From assembly GCA_026936335.1 (NCBI GenBank), contig JAPMXV010000016.1, forward strand, positions 248,001 to 312,000: a stretch of 64,000 bases of DNA, written 5' to 3'. Below are positions 38,790 to 51,109 of the stretch, one piece after another. Origin of the DNA: Mantamonas sphyraenae STR306 (taxonomy: Eukaryota > Protista > CRuMs). The notes under the pieces are model-generated. The model searched no databases. It was not told the DNA's origin and saw nothing but the letters and a program-made list of their open reading frames with translations. The position numbers were made by a program, and so were the translations under genes. The first letter of the stretch is position 1; each line of letters starts with the position of its first letter.

Positions 38790-40869
38790 TTACAAGAGCA
38801 TGGCGGTGGGGTCCTTCATGTTGCGGACAAAGTACTGGAGCCACTCGGCACCGATGGCACCGTCAACGACACGGTGGTCGCAGCTCAGAGTGACGGTCAT
38901 GTAGGTCTGGGTCTTGAAGGCACCGTCTGCGGCAGGCACGACGCGCTGCTCGCTGCCTCCGACGGCAAGGATGGCAGCCTGGGGCGGGTTGATGACGGCA
39001 GTGAACTGGCGGATGCCAAACATGCCGAGGTTGGAGATGGTAAAGGTGCCGGCAGCCATCTGGGCGGCGGTAAGTTTACCGTCCTTGGCGAGATCTGCAA
39101 GCTGCTTGACGTCGGCATTGATTTCCTGCAGGCCCTTGTAGTTGGCATCGGTGATGAGAGGCGTGAGGAGGCCGTTGTCTGTGTTGACGGCGACGTTGAC
39201 GTCGACGTTCTCGTACTGGCGAATAAAGAGGCCGTTTTCACCCTCCATCCAAGCACTGTTGACCTCGGGCACGTGGTGCATACTCATGGCGGCGGCCTTG
39301 ATGACAAAGTCGTTGACAGAAAGCTTGAAGGAGTCGTTTGCGAGGGCGTTGAACTCCTTGCGCACTCGCAGCATGTCGTCGACGGGGAAGTCGACGGTAA
39401 GATAGTAATGAGGGACATCTCGCTTGCTTGCAGTCAGTTTGTTGGCAATGACCTTGCGGATGTTGGACACGGGCAAGTCCTGGAAAGTTGCGCCTGCGAC
39501 TGTGGCCTGGGCGGCAGCCGCAGCCGAGGTAGACGAGGTCTTTGCACCTGCTCCCTTGCTGAGGTGATCCTTGACGTCGGCTTGGACGACACGTGCGTTG
39601 GGGCCTGTGCCTTTGACGTCGGCCAAGTCGACGCCGTTGGTGCGTGCCTGATGTTTTGCGGCAGGCGAGGAGAGGACACGTCCATCCGACGACGTCTTGG
39701 GCTGGCTCTGCTGAGGCTGGCTCTGCTGGGGCTGGCTCTGCTGGGTCGAAGAGGCAGGCTCGGGCTCGGGCTGGGCCTCGGCGGCGGGGGCCGTCTTTGC
39801 GGCGGGCGCATTGCCACCCGAGTAGTTCTTTGCGCTCTCGATCTCGTCCTCGTCAAAGACAATGAGACAGATGATCTGCAGGGATGGCGTGGGGTGTGTG
39901 GGGTGACCATGTCGGGGACACGAAGGAGAGTAAATGCAGAGCGGGTGTGAGTGGCTGCGAATCGGAGGAAAGAAGTGTTTCGGAACGGAGCGGGCCGAGA
40001 GAGAGGGAAGCGAGGGGGAAATTGGACGGGAACGGAACGGGCCCGGGGTTTTGGAAGGGCGTACCTCGCCGAGCTTGACATTGTCGGTGCCCTCGGGCAC
40101 GAGAATGCGTGCAAGATAGCCCTCTTCGGGCGATTCAAAGTCCATGGTGGCCTTGTCGGTCTCGATGCGGCAGAGAACGTCGCCTGGGTTGACCTGGTCG
40201 CCTTCGCCAGCAACCCACTCGACAATGTTGCCCGTCTCCATGGTTGGGGAGAGGGCAGGCATTTCGATTTCCACTCCATCAAACTCTGTGAGGGGTGAGG
40301 AACGAGCAGAGGGGGCCAGGGTGAGCGTGTGCATGGGAGTGAGGGCGGGGAGGGCAGCGCGGGAGGCAAGGACGAGGAAAGGAGGCGCACATGGCAGCCG
40401 GGTCCGCTGCCAGGTTTGCGATTGCACGGGGCATGCATTGTACAGACACAGCACGCGGGCATATGCATGCAAACAAAGGTCCAACGGCAGATATGCACGC
40501 AAGGAGTAGGAGGGAGTGTGTGTGTGACACGTGGACAGCACGGCGAAAAGAGACACCCGGAGACAATTGGTGGCAAATGTGAAGAAAGGAAAAGCAGCTG
40601 TGTGCTGAGGAGCACGTACCTGCAGACGCATAGGCGCGATGGACGACAGAGGCGGCAGGAGAGGCAAGAGCAGGTCCTCGCAGCAGTGTGTTGCGCATGG
40701 AGGCGCCAGAGCGGAGGGCAGGGAGCGTGTGCTTCCTGACAATCGCTGTTGCCACGGCACGCGTCTGTTTGGGCACGTGGCGAGCAGCAGACGTCACCTG
40801 TGTGCTTCGGCGACTGCCCATGGCAGCAACAGTACGTTGACTGATCTTGGCAACAGGTCGGCGGAACAT
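38790..40869 (-). CDS. DLAT: Pyruvate dehydrogenase E2, dihydrolipoamide acetyltransferase (introns 40619-40286, 40064-39876)
   Basis: Arg-rich mitochondrial presequence MFRRPVAK.., lipoyl domain MPALSPTMETGNI..IETDKATM, E1/E3-binding SSPAAK..GTGP, catalytic TFTISNLGMFG and TLSCDHRVVDGA. Confidence 0.97.
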
Positions 40870-40970
40870 GATTGTGTGTGTGTATGGGTTGTGGGGGGGA
40901 AATTGGGTGTCTGGCTCTGCGCGACCGGACACATTCCCACACACAGGCACCCTCCACCTCACACGAGCTC

Positions 40971-42241
40971 ATGTCGACCATGTCAGGTGCGTCGTCGTCG
41001 TCGTCCTTGTCGTCGTCGTCGTCGGTGCTGGCGGCGGAAACAGCGGGAGGGTCGGGTGAGGCGACACTGGACTCGGCACTGGGGGCTGCCACCGTACAGC
41101 TGGAGGCACAACAAGGGCGGCTGAAGCAGCTGGAGGAGATGCGACACGAGATGCAGGGAACCATCCAGCAGGTTTCGTATCTGCCGAGCAAACTCAAACA
41201 TCCGGTGATGCTGCCGCTGTGCAGCGTCGCTTTCGTTCCGGGCCACCTGTACCACACCAACGAGTGCTATTCGCTGCTGGGCGACAACCTGTTTGTAAAG
41301 ACCACAGCACACAAAACGGCGGACATTCTAACGCGGCGGCTTCAGTGTAGGTGTGGCTGTGTGGCTGTGTTGCGTGGAGGGAGAACCGATATGCACTCGA
41401 GAACTGGGATACTGACGCAGGCACTGCCACACACACTCGTACCCACGCAGTCGTTGACCAGCAGATCCGTGAGGCAGAGGGCTATCTGAGCAGTGCACAA
41501 CAGCGTCTGGGCGTGATGAAGAGTGCTCGCGTGAACAAGCAGCACGCAAGCCTGGAGGAGCAGGCTCGCAGTCAGGGAGGCGTCGTTAGCATCGACAACG
41601 GCGTTGCAAACATCCTCGAGTACGAAGAGGATGAATCTGGAGTGGAAGACGATGTGCAGGGGGTGTATTCGGCATCTGCGGGCTCGTCGTCGTCGCAAAG
41701 TGGCGGAGCTTCCGTGTCCACGCCTGCTGACAACGACACAATAGCTGCGATGTTTGACGAGCTCATGGCCCAGGAGGAGGGCGAGTTTGACGAGGACTGG
41801 GTGGACGATGGTGAGGGCATTGTGGCTGGTGGCGACGAGGAGATTGAAGTCGTAGACGTGCCGCTGGAACAGGACACAGACGCACAGGAAGGGAGCGCGA
41901 GCCACACAGAAGCGGGAAGCAGTTCCAGAAGCAGCAAAGGAAGCGTCGGTGGTACACAAACAGAGTCGTCTGGACCAGAAGGGGGCCTGGGCAAAGTGGT
42001 GGAGCACAGCACAGCTCCTACGTCACCTGCAGACATCTACAACAGCTTCCGCAGCAAGCAGCAGGCCAAACCCGTGGCGTTTGCAGGCTCTGCAGCGTTT
42101 TCGGGACAGATTGTGGAAAAGAGCGCAGAGATGGGTGGCAACGACGTGTCGGCACGGCAGGAGGGAGTTGCACAGCAGCAGCAGCAACAACAGCAGCCGA
42201 AAAAGATGTCCAGATTTATGCAACAACGAATGAACCGGTAG
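40971..42241 (+). CDS. URI1: Unconventional prefoldin RPB5 interactor URI1/Bud27 (intron 41347-41450)
   Basis: Prefoldin-alpha motif VMLPL..AFVPGHLYHTNE..LLGDNLF..TA..ILTRR, acidic middle, PTSPADIY, AFSGQIVEK, C-terminal PKKMSRFMQQRM. Confidence 0.88.
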
Positions 42242-42324
42242 TTGCGTGGTGCATTGGATTCACTTGGATTCACAATGGACACCATGCTGTGGTGGGGCCA
42301 AGCAAACGTGTCTGTTTCCTCGAC

Positions 42325-45300
42325 ATGTCCCGAAGACGCGTTGCACAGTCGCCACAGGACAATGCTGTGGAGTTGACGTCTTTGGGCGCCGCGTCGTCGA
42401 CGTCGCAGCGTGGGCGCGGGCCTTCGCCTCCGCTGAGTGGGCCGTCCGGCCCGCATGACGACAGCACTCAGCACGGCCTGCTGACGGGTCGCAAGGTGGC
42501 GCCGTCCAAACAGCGTGGCAACAGTGTGGTGGAGCGCTTGGCGTATCGTTGGCGCAAGTTCATGGCCGGCTACGAGATCTCTTTGCGCTATGTGTTTCAG
42601 GAGACCAGGGTGCACAAGCGCAGCTTCTTTGTGGGCATGACCACGGTGTTTCTGGTGGTCATGTTTGTGTCGCTGCTCCAGAATGCCATCTACAAGTCGC
42701 CTCTCATCTTCATCAAGCTGTCGGAGAACAACGTGGGCGAGTACGACCTGGTAAGTGCCCGGCCGGAAAAGCAGGCGGTGGGAATCAGCGGCGCCTTTCC
42801 AGCCTTCCGACGCTCACGCCGTCCTGTCGTGCCCTTCTGTGGGTGTCTGCGTGCGCGTGCGCCGCACCCACGCGTGGCCGCGTATTGCTGCACAGCTTAT
42901 GCTGCCCGAAGTGAACAACCAAACACAGACGTTCTTTCTGAACACGTCGCAGATCGCACAGCGGCTGGCCAGCGTTCCCGAAGCCGTGGGTGTCACGCCC
43001 CGCTGGGTCCTGCAAGCTCGCGTGGCCAATCCCACCACAGGCAAGTCCACAAGCAGCATTGTGCTGGTCATTGACAGCGAGCAGGAAAAGCGCATCGGCC
43101 TGGGGCGCGGGTGGACGCGCAGACCTCTTGGCCGCGACGAAACATACATCTCGGCCAGTGTGCTGCGTCAGATCGGTGTCAAGGGAGGGGAAGGCAACCG
43201 AGTCGACCTTAACATCGATCTGCTCGGCGCCGCCGACAACCTGAACGGCTTCAGTGCGGCCGTGGGTGGCTCCACCGCAAACGACGCCGGCCGGCGCGCC
43301 CTTGCCGTGCAGCTGGCCACGGCAGCCGGGTTTAACTTTCAGGGAAACACCACCGTCAATGTCACAGGCGGGAACATCCCTGGTCTGCCGGTGCCCATCC
43401 CTGTGGGACCCACGCAGGTGACGGTGCCCAACCAAGCCATCTTTGACGCGGCCTACCCGGCCATCATCAGTGCGCTCAACCTGACCACGTCGCTGACGGT
43501 TGTGGACGGCGTCGAGCTGCCCGATGGCAAGTGGCCAACGTCCCTGGGTAACGTCGTCGTGCTGGAAGCCAAGCACGTGCTCGACACTTTGGCAGAAGCA
43601 GCCACAGCCGATCAAACGCCGGCCACACAGGCGGCGCTGGCTGCAGCTGGCTTTTCGCCGCAGCAGATACAGCAGCAGGTGAGTGCAGTCAACATCTCTG
43701 AGTTTGCCCTTTCGGTGGTGGTCATGTACCGCGACCGCGTGACGGCATACCAAAAGGCAAACACAGAGCTTGACCTGGACATGATCGACTTTACAAACAA
43801 GGTGAGCCAAGGCGTGGGCACGGACTTTCCGGTCACCTACCAGCTGCCAGTGCGCCAGGCGCTGCAAGCCACGTACTTTATCCGCTTGTTTCTGGACCAG
43901 ATCTTTACGGCGACCACGGTTCTCCTGCTCATCCTCGGCTCCATGCTGATCTACTCGCTGCTGATCTCGGACGTAGAGGAGAAAACGTACGAATACGGCA
44001 TGCTGCGTGCGTTGGGCATGAAGCACAACAACCTCGTGCAGATCCTGACCACGCAGGCGTTGTTCTTTGCCGTTCCAGCCATCAGTGCGGGCCTCCTGGT
44101 CGCCTTTCTGCTCAACCTGCCCATTGCCTCCCTCATTGGCGAGTACACGGTGCTTCCACCTGACTACACGCTGGACCCGGGCGTAGTGGCGCTCGCCTTT
44201 ATTCTGGGCATTTTCATGCCCATCTTGTCCAACATCGCACCGATCCAACGGGCGCTGGGCAAGACCCTGCGCGATGCCCTCGACTTGTACCACCAAACAG
44301 TGAATGACAGCCGCGTGACAGTCATCAAGCTCGAGGAGATGGGCATTTCGCCGTGGCAAACTTCCATGAGCGTGCTCATGATTGTCATTGGCTTTGTCGT
44401 CTACTACGTGATCCCGTTTTCGTTCATTTTCAACAACCTGCCCTTGTTTCTGACCATCCTCAATGCCATCCTGCTGGGAATGCTGCTGGGATTGAGCCTT
44501 GTGGCTGTCAACTTGCAGCCGATTCTGGAACGCGGCATCGTGAAGCTCATGCTTTGGGGCCGTTACGAGAGCCTGGGCAAGCTGGTCACCAAGAACCTGG
44601 GAGGCCACAGGCAGCGCAACCTGAAGACGGCGCTGATGTTTACGACAGCGCTTGCGTTTATCGTCTTTGCGGCGGCCATGTTTTCGCTGCAGGCGGTGAC
44701 CATCCGCGACAACGTACAACAGGCCTTTGGGGCCGACTTGGTCGTGCAGGCTCCCAGTTGGGACCAGCCGCTCAACTACGAGGGCCTGAAGAGCTACATG
44801 GAGTCGCGCCTCGGCGACAGCAGCGAGAACGTGCTCAAGCGCTACACCTTTGTGACGTTTCCGGTGACGAGCGCGCCTCTGATCACACAATCGGTGATTG
44901 GCAACCTAGCAGGGTACGGAGATGCAAATGTGCGCGTGTACGGACTGGAGCGCGAGTATCTGGCGGCGACGTACCAGCAGTTTTACCTGCCTGTGCGTGT
45001 GGATCCGTCGTTCCGGTACCAGCTGACGTCGTCGCTGCAACCGGACGTGATCAAAAGCCTGTACGACGACGCAGGCAAAGCCAAGCCAGAGGGCAATCTG
45101 GACAAGCCCGACGTGGACGTGGTGCTGGGCTACCGCGAGGGCAACCGTGGCGAGGGGCCGCGGCTGGCAGGGAACATCACAACGGAACAAGCGTACAACC
45201 AGTACTACGACGTGGTAGTGTCCGAGTCGTTGCGTCTGTCGCAATCGCTGGGCATCAGAGAGCCGTGCAAGGTGATTATCAAGGCGGCCAAGGACAAAGA

Positions 45301-46060
45301 GTCTGCTCAGTTGCACTCTTTGTCGCTGATCCGCGGCATGATGCAAAAGGTGCCCGGGTTCTCGTTTACGTCGTACCGAGGCTTTGGCGGCAGCTCTCCC
45401 GTGCTGGTGACGCTGGACAACTACCAGGACATGCTGAACTGGGCGCAGTCGCGCGTGAACAGCACCAACAGCACAGCGGGCCCCACCGAGAACTACCCTG
45501 TTCGCTACGAGCGGTTGCTGATCAAGATGCAGGACAACACGACGTTGTTTGAGCGTGAGAGCATCGCCAACGGCGTGCGCAACTTTCTGCCGTCAGACCA
45601 GTACCAGGTGCTGGACACGGCATCGCTGGTGGACACAACCAAACTGGCCACGGATCTGATCCTGGTGTTTTTCAATCTGGTGGCAGTGATTGCGTCTGTG
45701 TTGTGCTTTTTCATGTTGTGGCTGTCGTTTACAGCAAATGTCAAGGAGAACAGCTGGGAGTTTGGCGTGCTGCGCAGCATCGGGTTGAATTCGAACCAGG
45801 TGTTGCTCATGTATGTGTTTGAAGCGCTGGCACTGATTATTGCGTCTGTTCTGATGGGCAGTGTGATTGGCATTGCGATTGCCATCACGCTGACGCTGCA
45901 GTTCAACCTGTTTACTGAGATGCCGTTTGTGTTTGTGTTTCCATACACGCTGTTCTTCAGCGTCGTGACCATGAGTGTCATTGTGGCGGTCATTGGCTCG
46001 TGGCTGCCGGCGAGGAAGTTTAACCGCAAGCAGATTGCGCTGATTCTGCGCGGCAACTAG
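42325..46060 (+). CDS. FtsX/MacB-family double-permease membrane protein (intron 42751-42895)
   Basis: Two FtsX motifs (EEKTYEYGMLRALGM and ENSWEFGVLRSIGL), each followed by 3 TMs and preceded by a large extracytoplasmic loop. Confidence 0.88.
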
Positions 46061-46189
46061 GACATGAGGTGGAGAGAGAGAGGAATGGGCATGAATGTTT
46101 TTCAAAACAGCTGTTTTTTGTTTTGGCGGCTCTTGCCGCCCCCCAGGGGTGCCGATGATCGATGATGCACACACTGCACACAGGTGCAT

Positions 46190-49100
46190 TCAGCCCATCC
46201 AAGCAAGCATGTCTCCTGTGGTGGGGAGGTGGCCTGCTGCGCCGTCGACTACAGGTGGCGGCGGACCGCCCGACCCGCTAGGTGCAGGGGCGCCGGAGCC
46301 ACTTGGAGCAGGGCCGCCTGAGCCGCTAGGAGCGGGCGAGCTGCTTGCGCTGCTGCCGCCTCCGAGGATGCCGCCAAAGTTGCCGACGGCACCCGAGGCA
46401 CTGAGGAGGGGCATGACGACAAAGAAAAAGATGGCGCCAAGGAGGCCGAGGACGAGGATTCCGATGAGAAGCCACTTGTTGTCTGCGAAAAAGTTGCCAA
46501 ACTTGCCACCCAGGTTCCACGGGGCGGGCGGGCGAGGCGGTTCCTCGAGGAATGGGTGCTGGTTGGGCTCGTCGCGGCCCATGCCGGCGTCCATCTTTTT
46601 GCCGCCAGCCTTGGTCATCCAGTAGAGGGAAACTTCGATTTGGGCGCGGATCATGGGGTCTTTGTGCACGGGGTGGGTCATGTCCAGGCGGGAGGTGAGG
46701 GGCTTGCACTCGGCGTACTTTTCGCCACCGGGCATGCCCTTGGGGAAGGTCTGCTCGCCTTGGATCTTGCCGGCTTTCTTGAGGAAGCCCTTGAGGTTGA
46801 GATTGACCTCTGCGAGGGCGTCGTTGGGAGAGATGAGGCCGCGGTCCCAGAGCTGGAGGAGCATGCGATGGGGCTCGCTCTCCTCGAGGGGCAGGTCCAT
46901 GTCGACGAGCTTGCGCCAGTTGAAGCGGCCCTCGTGGTCGTCACTGTTCCAGTGGGTGTCTGTCTCGAGGAGCTCGCGCGTCTTTTGGTCGCCAAACTGG
47001 GAGCTGACCATAAAGTCACCCTTGTTTGCGTTGGCCGGGTACTCGGCGTTGTAGACATTCCAGACAATGAGGCGCATCTGGAAGGGCTTGGGCGGCGGGG
47101 GCTTGATGTTATCGGGCGGGTGTGCGCGAGCGTAGGCGACGTCGAGGATTTCGACGCGCATCTCGACCTTGCCCTGGGGTAGCTGTGAGGAGGGGCTCCA
47201 CAGGGTTCGATACTCAATGGGCTTGAGTTCCTCTGCGTTCCAGCGCTGGTTGTAGTGACGCATTTCGAGGTCGACGACGGTCTCGCCGATGAGCTCATCG
47301 GCAAAGACGACGTTGTACTCGTAGAGCTGGACGCGAAGGTCTGCGTCGCCGGGCAGTTCTGCGCGTACCTCGTAGCACTCGTAGAACTTGGGCTTGCGAG
47401 TCTTTTCCTCGGTGCGGTGGTGGACGCCGCTTGCGGTGAAGGACGGGTCCCAGTCGCCGGTGGTGACCATAGGGTAGATGATGGCAGAGCGAGACATCTG
47501 GAGGGCGCGGTAGACGTAGACGCGGATGACCTTGAGGGTAGGTTCCATGTCGTTTTGGAGGGTTGCGCTGAGCTCCTGGTCGTAGGCCTTTTGGAGAGGG
47601 TTGAGATCCTTGGCGATGCGGCGCTTGTAGTCCTCCTTGTCCTCGTCCTGTTCGCGAGGGGTATCGCGGAAGTAGGACGGGGTGGGAAGGAGGTCTGCTG
47701 GGATGCTGTCGGCGTCAAAGATCTGGATCTTCATCTTGATCTTGCCCGAGACGTTGGGACGGGTGCCGAGGCCGGCTCCCCTGTACAGGTTGAACGTCTT
47801 GAAGGGCACTTCTGTGCTGAGCGGATCGGGTTTCATGACCTTTGTGAGCTCGAGCTCGACGGGGTAGCGGTCGGGTTCCTTTTGCTTCTGGGCGTCGTCC
47901 TCGTCACCGGGCATGCGAGTTTCCTGGACGTCGGGCATGGTGCGCACACCCTTGCGCTTGCCGGCAGGCGGTGTTTCAAAGGCCCAGTTGTCCATTTCGA
48001 GGGAGTTGATGGACTCGACGTCGACCGGGATGGAGTCACCGTAGCTGACCTTTTTCGCTTCGTCCTTCTCGTGGCTCTCGACCAGGGAGGCGAGGAGCGG
48101 GTCGTCGCTCTTGCTGACCTTTGTGTTGCCAGTGGGGAGGACCTCTGGGTTTGGGACGCCGTCGAGGTCGACGTCTGGCCAGGTGTCGACGGGAAGGAAG
48201 CGCTGGAGCGGGATGGAGGTGACACCGATGAGGGGCTGCATCATGCCTCGGTCGTCGTAGACGCGAATGGTGAGGGCGGGTGTGTAGAGGTCGTCGAGGG
48301 GCAGGAGTTCGCGGAGGTGGACGACCTTGAGGTGGTTGACGTTGACGCCGTCGTCGTCTTCTTCGTCAAGAGTGACAGTTTGGGCGTTGCTCATGTCACC
48401 TGTGTCGAGCATGATGTAGGGTTTCTTGCAGCCGCTGAACATGTAGGGCATGAGAGAGCGGAGGCCAAGGATGTCGACGCGGATGTAGCAGAACTTGCCG
48501 TTGGGCATCTGGATGTCGTCTGCATGCTTGGTGGCCTGGAGGGAGGAGGTGGGAGCAGCGGCGGCGGCGGCGGCAGCTGCGGAGGAGGAGGAGGAGGAGG
48601 AGGAGCCTACGCCTGCAGCGGAGGCGTCTGTGGATGAGGCGCCAGCTTCTGCGTCGTCGAGGGCGTCCGGGACGTGGTCCTGGAGCTGGAAGGAGGCGAG
48701 AATGGCACCGTTGTTGTCGTCGAGGCGGCCACTGTCGCGGTAGCACTTGTACCACTTGGGGAAGCCTGCACGGCGCTTGAGTTCTGTGACGGGCACCTCT
48801 GTGCGGCAGAGGTAGTGGTTACCGCCCTCGAGCAAATCGCCGTAGTCCATGACACGGACGGTGATGAGCGGGGCGAGGGACTTGTCGACGGGGAGTTTGG
48901 CCTGGATGGTGAGCTTCTGGTACCACTGCGGGTAGTTTGTCATGTTCTTGTGCCTGCTGGGGGTGGCCTTGTAGGGACCGCAGCGGAGTTCGATGAAGGG
49001 GTCGGAAGTGCCTGTGGGGTCGTAGGCGGGAAGGTCACGTCCCTGGTAGAGGTTCATGATGATGTTGCAGGCACGCTGTGCAGGGGCGGCAAACGGGACG

Positions 49101-51032
49101 CGACCGGGAGAGTCTGCGGCCTTGCCGGCGAGCATTTTGAAGAGGACAAAGCCCGACGACTGGCCAGACTCTGCGTCCTGGAGGCCGTTGACCGGGTCTG
49201 GCTTGAGGGCGACCCAGCTGGGCTTTGCATCCCAGGTCATGGCGTCGGCAAAGTTGTAGTTGACGTATCCGACACGGTAGCCCTCGCCGATGCCAAGCTT
49301 GGGCTTGGCCCACATGTTGACGATGATGTCGGGCACGTAGCGGATGTCCTTGGGCCAGGAGTGGACGATTTCGTCGAGGGCCTTGTCAAAGGTGACGACC
49401 TCGCCGACGGCGGGGCGGGCAGCGCTCTTGTAGGAGTAAGGGCCCCAGCAGATTTCGATTTGGTAGTTGTAAAGGAGGGAGTCTGGGAGGTCTGAGGCGT
49501 TGAAGAGGTCAAAGTAGATGTGGTACTCCTCCTCTTCGGGCTCTGCGGCAGGGTTGATGGCGGCGGTTGCGGCAATGGCCAGCTCAGGCTCGACCATCTC
49601 TGCCTCGAGGCGAAGGAGAATGCGACCGACAAAGTTTGTGCGTTCTGCGTACTTGCCCTTGGAAAAATAGCCTTCGCCGGCTGCAGGGGGGATGCCGTAG
49701 AGGTTGAGCCATCCGGGGCCCCAGGGGTTGTTGCGGATGTCTGTAAACTTGAACTGGGCACGTGTGACTTCTGCAGAGCCGAGGACGTCTTTGTCGTAGA
49801 GGATGACGTCGATGTTGTTGCTCATGTTTGGGGTGACGACGGGGACGCGGACCTCTTCGTCAAAGGTGGGTTCCTGGTTGTTCTTTTCGACGCGTGTGGA
49901 GACCTCTGGGTTGCCAGCAAACTGGACGGCGACAAAGGGGTCGATGGTGCCGATCCAGTCTGTTTTGGGAAGGTTTTCGGCGCGATAGACGCGGACTTTG
50001 AGGAGGTAGTGGGTTTCCTCGAGGTTTGGAGGTTTGAGTACCTGGAGGGGGGGAGGGGGGGGGGGGTTAGTGAGGGAAGGGGGGTTGGAGGGGGGGAGGG
50101 GGGAGTGAGGGGGGTGGGGGTGAGTGGGGGGAGGGGAAGGGGGAGGGGGTGCGAATCTGGGGGTTGGGATTGGGGTCGGGGTCGAGCTTCATCTGGGGGA
50201 CTGTGCATGTGCTTACCAGAGATGCAAGGTCGTCGCCTTCGCCGTCTTCGTCGTCTTCTTCATCCTCGTCGTGGACGACGGGGCTCTCGCCGGGCTTGAC
50301 GATGGTGATGGAGAGCTTGAGGTAGCCGCGAGATCCGGGACCGGCCTCGGTGTTGGTGAGCATGACCCACTGCTTCCAGTACTCGTGGTTCTTGTTTGCA
50401 TAGATGGAGGCGCAGTCAAACTGGTACTGGCCTGAGAGAGCGCGGATGCGCAGGGTAGGGTGGGGTAGGCGAGGACGCAGGGTGAGTGATGGAGGCAGGC
50501 GGGGAAGGGACAGGTCAGGCGTCGGGGGCGGAGCCGATTTCCCTCTGAAAAGGGAATTGTGGCGCGCACAAAGAGAAAGGCAGCAGGTGGACTTGGGGAT
50601 GGCAAGGAGGCGGATGGGTAGGCATACCAATGAGGACGTTTGTAAAGATGGTGTTTGTGTCAAAGACCTTGATGGTGACCTTTGCAGCGTCAAACTCGCT
50701 GGGGTGGAGGCGGAGGTTGTTGAAGCTCTGCTGAGAGTTCCACATGGGGCTGGTGGTCTTCTTGAGGATTTCTGTGTACACCTTTTGGCCAGCAATGTCG
50801 ACTTCGACCATGGGGTCCATGGTGCTCTCCCCCTCCCTGCGATTGAGGAAAGCAGGAGCAGCAGGCATGCGGGTGGGCGGGAAAGGGACGGGTGAGCGCA
50901 TGTCAGGGATTGAAGGGGAGGAACGCGGGGCTGGGAGGAGAACGGGAGGGCGGGCACGTACGCAGGTACGAGCTCGCGGGCCTCGATGATCTCCACAAAC
51001 GCGCCGTACTGGAAACGGCCGCTCTCGTCCAT
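46190..51032 (-). CDS. Ferlin (multi-C2-domain, tail-anchored membrane-fusion protein); introns 50961-50837, 50627-50432, 50216-50042
   Basis: Several C2 domains (VEIIEARELV, LKVRVYRAENLP, NLYQGRDLPAYDPTGTSDPF, ILGLRSL, DELIGETVVDLE, TDTHW..EGRFNWR) plus the ferlin C-terminal GMGRDEPNQHPFLEEPPRP and a TM. Confidence 0.92.
50046..50180 (+). repeat. G-tract low-complexity intronic sequence (G-quadruplex-compatible)
   Basis: More than 15 runs of 3 or more G separated by short loops, within ferlin intron 3. Confidence 0.7.
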
Positions 51033-51109
51033 GGGTGCGTGTGTGGGGCGTGTGTGTGGTGGCGCCGGGGCGGGCGATGGGCAGGCCAACCAAAGTCGCG
51101 CAGTGAAGG

